Shown one piece after another: positions 35,731-49,187 of a stretch of 64,000 bases of DNA. Positions within the stretch are counted from its first letter, which is position 1. The number at the start of each line of letters is the position of its first letter. Under the pieces are notes generated by a model, which saw nothing but the letters and a program-made list of their open reading frames with translations, was not told where the DNA came from and ran no database searches. The DNA comes from Kondoa subrosea. Taxonomy: Eukaryota. Both the position numbers and the translations under genes were made by a program. The stretch is from positions 372,001 through 436,000 of the forward strand of contig BCIN01000007.1 in the NCBI GenBank assembly GCA_039545335.1, given 5' to 3'.

Positions 35731-38700
35731 TTACAGATCAAATACCTCTTCGACCAGCGCAGAGTGTTCAGTCTTGAATACAGATCCGATGCCCGTCGAG
35801 GGAGAAGCGATAGCCTTCCTTCCGATGTATTTCACATTTCGACCAGCGCATTGCATCAATCGCGGAAGTACAAACCTATGTCATGGATCAGCATCACTAC
35901 GCATGAGAAGGATCAACACTGACAGATAAGCGCCTGCATTCTCCGGCTCCTCTTGTGCGAACACCAGCTCGACTTTGGAATTGATCTTTGACAAGCACTC
36001 CTTGACATGTAACCATGGGAAGGGAGCCAATTCCTATCAAGACACTTAGCTGAGCATCGCCTTGTCTACCTTTTTGAACTCACTTCAACTCGAACGAAAG
36101 ATATCTGCTCAGTCAGTCCCCGTTTCTCTCTTTCTGCAGAAAGTTTGTAGTATAGCTGGCCGGACAGGAAGACTACACGCTTCAATGTCGAGCTTTGAAG
36201 ATTGGGTTCGAGCAGAAGAGGAGCAAAGGACCCGCTAGATAATTCTTGCAAAGATGAAGCAGCTGCAGGTAATCGAAGAGTTGACTTGGGTGTGAAGAGA
36301 ACAAGAGGTTTTCTGTAAGGACGAAGCATTTGTCGTCTGAGAATGTGGAAATATTGAGAAGCAGTAGTCGGCTGAGCGACGTGGAAATTCGGGTTGCGGT
36401 TCTCTTCGCTCAAGCTATCCGAAGTAAGTTGTAAAAACCGTTCTATACGAGCAGATGAATGTTCAGGTCCTGTCGATCGGAAATCAGAATTGAATTCATT
36501 TCCGATGAAAAGCTTCCTCACCTGCTCCATCATATCCATGAGGAAGCAATAATGTGATAGCACTTTGGAAAGCCCATTTGGTTTCACCGGAAGCCAGGAA
36601 GTTGTCAAGGATAATTTGCGCCCCGGTATTGAAGTCCTATATTTCGTTCAAAGTCATTCATATTCGTGCGCAATTTCAAACTGACCCCGAATTGAGCTTC
36701 CCATAGATTCAAAAGTTTAGGAGAAGTCCAGCTCATCCCAATTTCGAAACCCATTGGTGCAAATTCAGACAATCTATGACAGTCAACAAGCGTGAACATG
36801 ACTAATGTTATTACTACTGAAAAGGTTCTCAACCTACGGCGAGGCAGCTACTTCAAGACGACCTTCCGATGACATTGAGTTCAACGGTATCAGAGCTTCT
36901 TCAGTTGTCTGATCAGTCAGAACTGCATGTCTCTGCGAAAATGTTCCCTTGGATGTGACATTTCAGCAAGCGATCAAATAGTTGTGACGGAGAAGACTGA
37001 CCCTGCCCGAATCTTGTCCACAAAGCCTGATATTGTATCCATCTTGCATCAAGGTTCCGAATGCCAAAGCTTCGGCAGTTGACCAGTCTATGCCTTGACT
37101 AGATTTGAGTGAATCCAATCGTTTGGCAACATGCAATTTCGCTAATCGTGGATGAATACTCTGACCAGAGAATCAGTAAAACCCCGTATTCTTGGTTCTG
37201 TCGAAACTTACGAAGCCTTCTGGGATAGCTACGGATGCTTTTCCAGCTTGCTGAAGCGCTTCGACTTTAGCTCCTGTCTCGATTGAAGAAGTATCATCAG
37301 CAGAGAAGGTCATGCTACTCCAAGGGAAAGCCATCGGAGGGAGAGAAGGTTCAAAAGTTTCAGTTGCTGCTAACTTGTCTTCCAAAGATTTTAAAGTCGT
37401 TTCCCGATGCGATTTGATTTCCTCTGCGGTGATGATTCCTTGCTCAAGCAGCTGAGCCTCATACTTCTTCGGTACAGATCTATCCCGAGAGTCATGAATA
37501 TGCCATATAGATTGTGAGAACGCAAATGAACTGACTGAAGGTTCTTGACTTTCTGATACATCTTGGGATTTGTATACGTTGGTTCATCTAGCTCATTGCT
37601 ATTTCGTGATCAGTAAAATCCACCGTACAATTGTAATTTGCCTTACTGGCCCATCCTTCTGTAAGACACCAAATCGATGATGACATCTTTGCTGAAGAAG
37701 TTTCGGTAAGAGAAAGCTATTGAAGCTGCTGCTGCTACTGCTTCTGGGAAGTCTCCATTAATATGTAATACTGGTGCGGCGATCTACGTAATTGTCAGCA
37801 AGCGACTTTCCAGTACCAGACAGTCAACGAACAGCTTTGGCCAGATCGGTTGCATAGAAAGAACTTCGAGCATGAGCTGATTGTGTAGTATAGCCTAACT
37901 GATTGTTGACGACAATGTGTATGGATCCGCCATTGCTAAAGCTTGGTAGCTGACTGAGATTGAGGGATTCGGTTGTGACACCTTGACCGACAAAAGCAGA
38001 ATCGCCGTGTAGCTGGATATTGATTGCTTTACTTCCTAATTCTGCAACTTCTCCTTGTCTGGATTGGATCTGCAGTGCACGAGAAACACCTTGGCCAACT
38101 GGAGCGATAGCTTGTAGGAAAGAAGGATTAGGCAATAAGTAGGTCCGCAGCTTTCCAATTGGCTGATTCCAGAGATATAGATGGGACAAGACATCTCCGC
38201 CGAAACCTTGATCGAGAAGTTGTTGAGGGAACTCAGGTAAACCTTTCATCTTGCGGAATAGTAGACGATGATCAAAGTTGAGCAGTTGAGTGAGAAGATT
38301 AAGTCGCCCTCTATGCATCATTGAGATACTGCGTCCCCATTAGCCATCATTAGAACAAATCACTTCAAGTTGACTTACACCACGTCTTCGATACCAGCTT
38401 CCGCGGAATCCTTCATCAATCTCTCTACGCCGAGAAGCATCGATTCTGCTCCTTCCAGACCATAGCGCTTGACAGAAGGGAATCGTTTAGCTAGAAAATG
38501 ATCAAATGTTTCGCTGTCATGCAGGATCCCTTTGACTTCACATCAGCTTATTTCCCAATATTTGCCGTGTTACAGCTTACGCCAGTTACTCTTCTTCGTT
38601 TCAGCTGATACAGGCTTTCCATGAGCAGTCTCCAATTCTCTAGCTATCCATTCTCGTTCACTCTTGTCCGGCAAATGCATGAATTCGAACCCAATATTCT

Positions 38701-39136
38701 GACAATAGGTAGCTTGAAGTAATTCGACAATCTCCTTGAGCTCCATTTGCGCTTTACCGTCATGGTAGAGAATGCCATCAACATTGTAACCTTGTTTAGA
38801 ATCAAGTGAAGGTGTAGGAAGGGAAGCGCTTTGATATCCATTATCCAGCGTTACAGTGTAGTCCCATCCATAGCGTCTAGGATCTAATGCAGCAACAGGA
38901 GGCCGCTCGAGGATGTCAAGAGGGTCAAGTCGTGATGCACGATGTCCATGGCGTCTGTACGAGTCTACGAGTCGAACGAGAGGTGCTTGTACTGCTCTAT
39001 TATCTAGCTGAGCAGGCGTGAAGTCGGGCAGCGAAAAGGTTCGTGGTTTGGCGTATCCGTATGTACTTGCGCATTTCGCTGAAGTAGATAAGCGTTGATA
39101 AGAAAGCTTTTGCGCGCCAGAGCTCCTAGAGAGCAT
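35731..39136 (-). CDS. DHTKD1: 2-oxoacid dehydrogenase E1, DHTKD1/2-oxoadipate dehydrogenase-like, mitochondrial
   Basis: A presequence is followed by [38 protein letters not shown], the ThDP motif [10 protein letters not shown]...[40 protein letters not shown] and EEPENAGAY. The short N-terminus is more like DHTKD1 than Kgd1 (inference). Confidence 0.8.
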
Positions 39137-39285
39137 CCTGTCACAGGTTGGTAGCTAAAAAGAGGAAAGCAATACACTGCTTCGCGGGGTAAAGCGCGAA
39201 ACGGCATTCCGTGTAAAGCACCGTGTAAAGTACACATTGTCCTCTCTGCTCTTTCTCTGGATACGATCTTTACTTCTTTCCCTAC

Positions 39286-40956
39286 TCAAGCTGCACCAAT
39301 GACTCTTTGCTGATCAGCTTGTTCGTGTGTCGCATCTGTTTCTGCGATATTGAGGCTATCAAAGCTGCCGACTGTAATTCTTTCATCATATGGCCAATTG
39401 AAGCGTATAATAATTCGAGGTAGAGCAACATTGATAACCCATGCCCGGAGCAAGTCGATATTGATGTTGAAAGCTTTGAGATCGGCTCGGCGTTGCTTTT
39501 CTCCCAGATTATCATGCGTGAAGCCAGGAGGGTCGTAACCATGTTGACCGTTTTGATAATTGCCAACTTCAAATGTGATTGTCTTGAGGGTTGCGTGGTT
39601 TTCGACAAGCTTGAGCGCGGGCTGAAAATGCTCGAAGAGGAAAGAGTTGCTGTGTTTGAAGTATATTTTGGTCAGAGTTGACGGAAGATAAGGGCTGACC
39701 ATAATGTCGCCAAGCCGAGAAAGAGCTTCATATCTACAAAGACGTATCAGCTGTTCGTTCATGACCTGAAAATAAGTAGAGCTTCACCTTGGATCAAAAT
39801 GTGGGTACAGATCAAAGCGAAATTCCTCGAGAGCAGGAGCTACATGCAAGAGATGAATAGATACAACAAGGTATTGATTGAAGATGGGTGTGTCGAACAT
39901 GTTAGTCACAGAGCGGACTCTGAGTGTCTTCAGCGACAGCAAAGTGGCTGTGTTGTGCTCGTTGGCGCCAAATGAATGCCTAAAGGTTGCAATTGCTTGG
40001 GTAGTTGAAGCTATACTCCAGTGGAGATGTTGCAATCGGGGCGCCAAAGCTTTGATAACGGCCGCAGAACCACTGACAACAGCATCAGAATCTTGGGCTG
40101 AGTGAGAGCCAGAAAGCGAAAGATTTGTGAAGTTAGCAATCTGCAGATCCGCTTGAAGTTCCGTTGCAAAATCATGATTACTGCAATTGTTGAGCAAGAG
40201 TGTCGTCAGTTTGGGCTGACTGGAAGCAAAGACCCAGATAGTAGGGTAGCACTGAGCACTTCCAAGAAGGGTTACATGGTCTAGACCTTCTAATCTAAGT
40301 GACCGCAAGTTGGGTAGTTGAAATTGAAGGAATTCGCTGGCGGCAGGATGTGTTGCTTGGACAGGGTTGAGCTCCGGACTAAGGCGAGATCCTACAACAG
40401 TAGCTGTGAGATCGAAGCGATAGTGAAATTCGATGAGCTTACTCATGAAAGCCAGAGTCAATTCTTGTAAATTCATGCACTTCTTTACTAGGTGTTTCAT
40501 AGCATCAAACCTCTCTTGCAGCTTGAGCACATCTTGAGTAATTTGGTGTGCAGCCTGGGAAGCTCTCTCTCCATATCAGTAGCGGCCGTAGCACACGAGA
40601 TGGAACACACAGATTTCATTTCGTCAATGTAGCAAATACCCCAGTATATCACAGTCACGAAATTAGCTACGTTAGGATGAGATTCAATAGTAGCCAGCCT
40701 GGATTGGATGGTCGCTTCCAGTGGTTCGAGATCACCAGTAGGACACTTCGTTTCGATTGAACGGTACAGGCAAGTCATAGCAGCAGCATCTGCTCATTCT
40801 TTAGCCTGCGGTCCACGCCAGAAATAAGAGCAACGAACAGAAGCTCTTGTCGACTCGTGCGAGCCGGGACAGCAGGAGATTGGCGTCGCCGCTTGCAGTG
40901 TTCTCAACGCTAAGTGGAATTATCTTATCAAGTAGCTCCGGAGGGAGTACAGACAT
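39286..40956 (-). CDS. F-box-like/LRR-like lineage-specific family protein, copy A
   Basis: The N-terminus MSVLPPELLDKIIPL...LARVDKSF|...CLYRSIET is followed by LRR-like LPNLRSLRLE and LKTLRV. It is homologous to the genes at 57508 and 60875-62567. Confidence 0.7.
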
Positions 40957-41246
40957 GGTGCTGCAAAAGGACAGAAGCAGGCTGCGATTTCCTCGAGTAG
41001 GATGCGAAGAAACGAGAAGATCTTGAGTCAGGTCAATATATCAGCCAACACTGTTGTGTGCTATCAGAGTTCTCTGGGTATTGCTGTCCGACTTTGATCA
41101 GGTCACGGCGGTCGAAGATATCGATCAACCTTGCTTATTTCGTTTCAACGAGGTGCTGTCGGCTATCTGCTGTCTGCTGTCTGTCTTCTCTCTCGCTGTC
41201 CTCTTGTCTTCACCTCTGTCTGTTGGAGTCTTGATTGCAATTGGCA

Positions 41247-43288
41247 ATGCCTGTCCCTACTGAAGTCTCTCACCCTTTCTTTACGTTTCGCTGTATCTAT
41301 TTCTGAAACTCTGTCTATCATGCGCAGGAACTTCCTGTGCTCGAGCGTCTAGTCAATATCCGTGATCGATTGACAGCTCTGAAGAAGAGATCCGTGGACG
41401 ATTACGTGAAACAGCAAGATGTGCTCGACCTGTATCAAAGCATTCTGCAGCAAGTGACTAGCCTGGATGAAGTACGCGAGCAACATCCAAAAGGCGAAGA
41501 TGAAGATCCTGCTACGCCAAACAGAGTGGATGATCTGCTTAGCGATGTTTTCCAGCTTTTGTAAGCATTCTACTGTACTGCATAGATTCCGCTGACAGGT
41601 CCATGATAGATCTCTCTTCTTCCTGTATGTATCTCTGACTTCGGCTTAAGCTGTGTCTGACTGTGCAATAGCACAATTGGCAAATCTAAAGAAGCACCAG
41701 CAGCTTACTGCCAACTCGCAACCATGAATCGCTTGCTAGACCATCTAGTTGGTACGTAACTATCTTGTCATGTTCTTATTCTTTTTCTCAAGCTACGAAT
41801 CAAGAATCCGCCGTATACACTGCGACGGATCTCAGATCTTTCCAAAATAGATTGACGGAACTCAAACATATTATCCTTGGGTCCAGCAGTGCTGAAGCAG
41901 AAGCGAAACCTACTTCTGAGCCTGAACCAATGCAAAGACTCTTGCTGAAGAAATACTCAAAATGTCAATCCACTTTGGATCGTTTGTTAGCTGGTTTAGA
42001 ACATTTGGATCCTTCGCTAGTAGCAATTCATCAACGCTTAGTAACTATTCGAAGAACTTTAGCCGGGATAGCAGCAAGACCTAAACCTACATTAAACGAA
42101 GCGCAACATCTGAAAGAGGAATTAAGGAGTATAGATTCCAAAAGGATTGATGGGAAATTCATGGATCCGAATGAACCTGAAGGACCTGTTCCACCTGGTC
42201 AAGCACTACTCATTGGACTTCTAGAAGAGAATTTCGATCTCACGCAAGACATTATGGCTAGACAAGAAGATGTTGCTATCCCTTTGAAACCTATTGTGCG
42301 TACTTAGTAGAACTGACAATCCCTACTTTCGTCTAATGCTGTCTGTGCATCTAGTATGATCGACTATGCGAGATGAGGTCTCAGCTGGAACGATTAGCAT
42401 TAACGCACCGCTGGACGTTGCGTGAAACGGATCTATACAATTTCCAAATGAGTTTGGCAGAGATAGATAGTATGAGGGTGAATGGGCATTTCGTCGATAG
42501 TGAAGGGAAGAAGCCAGAAGGACAAATAGTAAGCGTCCTGCCAGTGGGCGGAAACCAGCTGACATTGGGCATAGGTGTTGCTGTATCTGCTTAGAAGATG
42601 CTTCGGTTTGGTATGTCAAAGCCTAGGTCCATAAATATATCTTGATTGCTCATGTTGCTTTCAGATCTATCGATTGATGGCAAGCAGTGAACCTATTTCT
42701 GAAGAACTTATGCCGATAGCGAATGTCAGTTCCCCTTCTCTCATAAATGCAATATGCTGATGTACCTGGACAGAAACTAAGTACTATTAAGCGTTGTTGT
42801 CAGTCTAACTTTCGATGATGCGAATTCTGCGCTAACATTGTTCGGACAGTGAGGGAGATCCAGAAATTTGACGATACCTATTCATCAAGAGAGTGAGCAA
42901 TCGTGTTTCCATTCTGGTCATTTTTTGACTTGCGGGTGATCGATTGTTACAGCTTATACCCATATGCTATGGCACTTTCGCAAATAGGTACGAGCAAAGG
43001 CAGTTCAGCATTATTATCTGCTAAACTGGATTGGCCACGTACAGATGCATTGCGCGTAGACGGAAAGTTCTTAGTAGGTGATACTCATCTTCGTGTGTTC
43101 CGCACATGCTAAAGTGGAGCAGGGACAAGATGGTTCTATACCAGAAGGTCAAGCCATTGTATGCGCTGAATTAGCTGAAGCATACGAAACCATTCAGGCA
43201 AGTGTGTCACCTCAAGTAGTAATCCTCGCTCATCGTTTTCCTATAGCTCCTGAGGGAAGAGATTGATCAACACGCGGAAGAATCATGA
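41247..43288 (+). CDS. CUB1: UPF0662 family protein (yeast YPL260W/Cub1-like)
   Basis: Motifs LSLFFLTIGK, IDSKRIDGKF, LERLALTHRWTLRETDLY, LLYLLRRCFGLIYRLMASSEPISEELMPI, RELYPY and RVDGKF...IPEGQ are present. Confidence 0.85.
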
Positions 43289-43387
43289 GTCATGTATGAG
43301 ATGGACATTGTTGTAGACTTAGAACACTATGCGCATACTTGCTTTGCATTTCCTATGCAATTCAATGTTGCACCAAATCCGCGACCA

Positions 43388-44848
43388 ATGCCTTCAGAAT
43401 CTTACCTTGTAACTGGAGGGGAAGGTTTCCTAGGGCAGCGTATGCTGTCTATGCTCAAAGAACGCTATCCCTCTGCTTCCATTACTTCCATGGACTTGGA
43501 ACAGCGACATGCAGCTCAAGGTCATCAATTCATTTCTGCCAATCTCACAAATGCAGCTCAATTATTGGCTGCTATTCAAGAATCAAAAGCGACTACTGTG
43601 TTTCATGTAGCTGCAGGACCTTTACAAGCATCGCGAAGTCTGTTAGCTCAAGTGAACATTGGTGGAACAGAGAATGTTATTCAGGCTTGCAAAGCAGCGG
43701 GAGTGAAGAAGTTGGTCTATACTAGTACTTCAGGTGTTGTTTTTGATGGAAGGCACATTACAAATGTGGATGAGAGGTTACCTGTTGTTGACGAGGAAGT
43801 TTTAGACGATCACTACATGATTACAAAGGTGCGCTCCTCCGATCCCGTAGTACGTTGCATGCTGATATCTCAATACGCTCATCAGGCAAAAGCAGAAAAG
43901 CTGGTACTTGATGCGAATGGTCAAGACGGATTATTGACTTGCGCGATAAGGCCTGCTGGAATATTCGGGTACGTACAAGTGTTTCATCAAGTGTCCCCTT
44001 GTCGAAAAGAATGTCCATCGTACAGCCCCGGAGACTGGTTCCAAGGTCCTCAGATGATTCAAGTCTACAAAGAAGGCAAAACGAAGTTCCAACTCGGAAG
44101 CAATACCAATCTCTTTGATTTCACCTATATCGACAATGTCGTACATGGTCATCTTTTAGCAGCAGAGAAGCTAGATCAAGTAGTGTCTATCGATTCCCTC
44201 ATCAACCCTCTACCAGATTTATCAGCTTCCTCTGTTTTCACTCGTCGACCTCCAACTTCCCATTATCGGGTTAACGATCAATGGGATGAAGGTGAAAAGC
44301 CATCACCTGCAACAGAAGAAGATCAGATCGATGTACCTTTAGTTCCAGCTCGAAATCGCTACGATCAATTTTTCCCTGCTTTCACTCATCCAGAAGATTT
44401 CCAACCTCTACCAATCGCTGGCCAATCTTTCTTCATCTCAAACAACGAACCAATTTATTTCTGGGATATGCCTAGATCTTTATGGTTTGAATACGCAAAA
44501 CATTCACCACCTTCTTACCTTGTTTTCCCAAGATGGTTGGCTTTATATTTAGGTGATATAGTTGGTTTCATCAACAAGTGGTTAGGGAAACCGGAAACTT
44601 TTACAAGAGCGAAAAGCGTAATTGTATGTGCGGATAAGTATTACAATTTGGAGAAGAGTAGAAGAATGTTGGGTTATGAACCTATTGTTGGTTTAGAGGA
44701 AGGGATCAAAAGATCTGTTGCGGTGCGTTGAATCTCTCGTCTGCTATATGCATTAGCTGACAAAAGAGCAACGAACGCACAGTGGTACAAAACGGTCGAG
44801 AATGACCCGAACAGAAGACAGCATGGAGTGAAACCGAAGAATCAGTAG
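43388..44848 (+). CDS. ERG26: C-3 sterol dehydrogenase (C-4 decarboxylating), 3-beta-HSD family
   Basis: Motifs YLVTGGEGFLG, VNIGGTENVIQAC, LVYTSTSGVVFDG, the YxxxK motif YMITK, TCAIRPAGIFG, NLFDFTYIDNVVHGHLLAAEKL and GQSFFISNNEPIYFWD are present. Confidence 0.88.
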
Positions 44849-44965
44849 AAGGGCAGTCTGGGAATTGGTGTGGTATATAGTATCAGATTCAAAGCATTAA
44901 TAATCCTCATACCCCATTTTGCTTTTTTCTTCAACTTCTTCTCAAGGTTCTCTTGACAGTATACC

Positions 44966-46979
44966 ATGACTTCAGATACCAATGACAAAGCTGATTTCAC
45001 CTCTTTAAGCTTGGACAGTCGTCTACTGCGATCTATAGCTGCTCTAGGCTTCACTCATCCAACACCAGTTCAAGCCAAAGTAATTCCTTTAGCATTAGCA
45101 GGCAAAGATGTGCTAGCTCGAGCTAGAACTGGTTCGGGGAAAACTCTAGCTTATGGTTTACCTGCTATTCAAGCTATCCTTAAACTCAAAGCAAGTTTGG
45201 ATCTCACTGATTTGAATTATCATGCAACTCGGTCTTTGATTTTGGTCCCAACAAGAGAATTGGCTGAACAAGTGTATGCGCATTTGAGGATACTGGCTGA
45301 AGCGTTAGGAGAAGATTTGATTCAAGTAGTCAACGTTGCAGGAGATTCAGGCGGGAATCAGCATAAACGGTCAAAAACTTCTTCTTCATCAGGGGGTACT
45401 ACAAGGGATAAAGTCCAAAGACTACAATTGGCTGATAAACCTGACATCGTTGTCGCTACACCTTCAAGAGCATTAGCGCATCTCAGAAGCAAAGCATTGG
45501 ACATCTCAAAATTGGAATGTCTCATTATAGATGAAGCTGATCTCATTCTCTCTTATGGTCATTCTTCTGATGATATTCGATCCATCTTATCTGGACCTTG
45601 GGATTTACCAACTACATATCAAAGTTTCTTGATGAGTGCTACAATGACTGGAGAAGTTGAAGAACTTCAAGGGATGGTTCTCAGAAATCCGGAAATCTTA
45701 CTGTTGAATGATGAAGAAGATCAATATGCAAATCTCACCCAGTATTCTGTTCGGTAAGCGTCAATGTCAAAAGACTTTTTATGTTTTACTCACATGCGAA
45801 ATAGGTGTAACGAAGAAGACAAGTTCCTTCTAATCTACGTTATACTCAAGCTTCGACTAGTCAAAGGCAAATGTCTCATCTTCGTCAACAATACCGATCG
45901 AGGCTATCAACTCAAACTGTTCCTTGAAAAATTCGGCATCAAATCTGGTGTCCTCAATGCTGAACTACCTTTCAATTCTCGGTATCACGCTGTACAAGAA
46001 TTCAACCGGGGAGTCTTTGATTATCTGATTGCAACGGACGATTCAGGTGTACAAGGTCAAGATCGGGATGAAAATCCAGTAGTAGAAGAATTAATACCTA
46101 CTGCACCACCTGTAGCATCTACTTCTTCTCTTCCAGAATCATCACAAATGGAAGAACAACAACCTTCTTCTCTCCTAAAATCAAATAAAAGGAAACGAAA
46201 ACCAACTTCAGCAGTTCAAACTGAATATGGTGTTTCAAGAGGAATTGATTTCATTGACGTTCCTTGCGTTCTAAACTTTGATTTACCTTCAACATCTCGT
46301 TCCTATATACATCGGATTGGAAGAACAGCTCGAGCAGGAAGACAAGGAATGGCTTTAAGTTTTATCGTACCTAAATCTCAATGGGGTAAAATGACAAAAG
46401 GAGATGTTTCTTTGTCGAGTGCTAAAAAAGATGAAAGTGTTTGGAAAAGAATTTATAAAGAACAAGGAGAAGGAAGAGTAAAGGATTATGTTTTTGATAT
46501 GAAACAGGTTGAAGCGTTTAGATATAGAATGGAAGATGGGTTGAGGAGTGTTACGAGAGCTAGTGTGAGAGAAGCTAGGATACAGGAGATCAAGCAGGAA
46601 GTACTAAATTCGGAAAAACTTCAGGTGAGTTGATTACATTTGCTTTGCATGCATTTATGCTGAGCACATGTGATCATGTACACAGGCCCATTTTGAAGAC
46701 AACCCGAAAGATTTGGCTTACTTACGACACGATAAACCTCTTCATCCAGCGCGTGTACAGCCGCACCTCAAACATGTTCCAACCTACCTGATGCCTAGAA
46801 TTGCTCCTGTCAATGCTTCAGCATCAACTGATGGATCCTCAGAACCAAAGATCAACGATCGCAAAGTGTCATTCCACAAGAATGGCCGTGGAAGAGGGAG
46901 AGGTGGTGGTCGAGGTGGAAGAGGTGGAAGAGGAGGAGCAAAACTAGATCCGCTCAAGAAGTTCTCGATGAAGCGATAG
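44966..46979 (+). CDS. DBP9: DEAD-box RNA helicase Dbp9/DDX56
   Basis: Motifs [74 protein letters not shown] and LRHDKPL are present. Confidence 0.95.
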
Positions 46980-47221
46980 TATCATTATGCATTACAATAC
47001 CATGTATTCACACTTGTCATTATCAAACGGCCTTACAAAGCAGCATATCCATAGCTGAAACCCTACTTCAAAGTTTATGAAATTACACAACACGTTGGAG
47101 CTTCTTCCTCTTCTATAGATGGAAAGGCTGCAAGTTGCATGTGTGCATTATGATAGGCTGTCCAATCGCTTTGCATAAGACATTTAAGTATTGAGCGAGA
47201 GACACGGGGAGTCAAGACTTA

Positions 47222-47665
47222 CTAAGCTATTTCTGTATCCGGTGCATCACGAGCTAGAAGAGCCCTTTGAGACCTTCCGCCGCTTTCACGTCTGTCATCA
47301 AGACGTTCTGTTAGATTCAACGTCAGTGGTCGTCCATTTGACGGTGATGGAAGTATATGTTAACATACCCTTTTCGCTCCGACATTCTAGACACCACTTG
47401 TACTGCAGCTAAGCATCAGCATGATTGAGTCGGCTGACAATCTGGCACGACGTACCTCCAATCCAGGTGGAAATTGACCATAAGCCGTATGAGGTGTGTG
47501 ATACGGCATATAAGGCGCCATTCCTGGACCCGGCGTCATAGGTGTTTGCATCATTGGCATTCCGTATCCTCCGTAGGCTTGTGGTGGCATTTGCATCATT
47601 GGTTGCTGATACATTGGCATCGGTTGCTGCATCATCATTGGTTGCTGGGGGTAGGCATATGCCAT
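47222..47665 (-). CDS. Small M/Q/P/Y-rich low-complexity protein (about 3 exons)
   Basis: MAYAYPQQPMMMQQPMPMYQQ...PPGLE is followed by GT-AG introns to two short exons. The C-terminal frame is uncertain. Confidence 0.55.
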
Positions 47666-48176
47666 GCTTTGAAGCGGGATGTAGGGATTTAAGTGGATAT
47701 ATACGGTCAGGCGAAATAAGATGTATTGAAGGGAGAGTCAGTCGAGTGAAGGTCGGAAATATCGTGAAATGAGTTTTGTGGAAAAGAAAGCTGGAGCTTG
47801 TGATGAAAGTTTACCAGAGGCGATAACGTCGTTTCTGACTGAACGAACGTAAGGCTGTATGTTCAAAGAAGGTTGAAAAATTCGGTCTTGCACTGCCCGA
47901 TACGCAAAAGTGGCGAAGCAGTGCTCTCCAAGGGCATTGCTCTGAAGACGCAGAGAGCCCGAGAGAAAGAAGAAAATCTGCTGGTCTTGCAATCAGTACG
48001 ACCAGTGACTGAAAAGAGCAAGCGAAGGCATGAAGTTAGCATATTCAAGCGGTCAAGCGATGCCAAAGCGAGAGAGCGAGACTCAGGAACACATGAAGAA
48101 GAAGATGAAAGAAACTACTGGTAGTCAAAGCTACTACAAAGTAAGGAAAGCGCGTTATAACTGCTTGTACCTGCAT

Positions 48177-48854
48177 TCAAGTATTAGTCTTGACAGAAGA
48201 ATTACGAGAAGCAGCCGACCCCGATTTAGGGTGTCCTCCTTGTTGTTGATTGTTTGATGTAGCAGACGCCAAAGGAACGTTTCCCTGAGCCTTAGTTGTC
48301 CCACTGGCAGACACAGATATACCTCGGTTGCTTATTGAAGACTTGATTGTCCCGAATCTGTTACTGACTTTCCCAACTTGGCTGAACAAACGACTCTTGA
48401 TCTTCGCCGCTCCGCCTGGTTGCTGAACAAGAGGCTAGACAAGACCTGAGACAGGGATCTCGCGTCGAACAAGACACTTACTCCGTTCTGCTGAGGGTAG
48501 TGATTATGCTTGTTTAGAAACAATTCAGATTGATCTACCAGCGAACTAAGTATGACTCACGATTGAAGTAGCATTCTCCGAGGGACGCACCGACTCATTA
48601 CTTAGCCGAGAATAAGGGCTAGACGATCTGGGTCCTTCTTGCAACATAGATTCAAGCGAGTGCTTCGACGGGAGTGGAGACTCCGGAGCCGATACCGTGA
48701 GACCAAACGCTGGTTGTCGCGCCGAAGCGCCATTCTGGTCAGCAGGCTTGCCTGAGGGTTGGTGAGATAGAGGAGACATTGACTGAGAAGCAGGCTTAGA
48801 GGCTTTTGTATGCAATTGGCAGCTGATGGAAGCTGACCCTGAGTCAAGAGGCAA
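48177..48854 (-). CDS. Ser-rich hypothetical protein (partial model, start not resolved)
   Basis: Two Ser/Pro-rich ORFs on the same strand are separated by GTGAGT/GTAAGT-type donors. No domain recognised. Confidence 0.3.
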
Positions 48855-49187
48855 TTGCAGACCTGAGCAAGATCATCCAATCTGAACAAAGGGATTTTCT
48901 CGCAATTCATTCTCCAATCATTCCACAAAGCAAGCCGAAGAGAGACGCTGAGTAGTCCGACGAGGATGTCTGAACCTCACAATGAAAGAACGCTGGTAAA
49001 TTGATCGAAGCTCAGCTGAGCCAGCAGATGAAGGGACAATAATGCAAGTCTACGTGCGCAGAGCATGATTGGACAGCACAAGGAGAGATAAGCTTGATAG
49101 ACCTGCACAGGTAGTATAGCGAATAAGCAACATCAACGTGGAATCCAAAGATCATTTCATTTCGTAGCAGCCAACGAAGCGGCTTGC

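Noticed and set aside
46880..46940. GGA/GGT repeats
   Set aside because: They encode the RGG tail of Dbp9 and are not an independent repeat.
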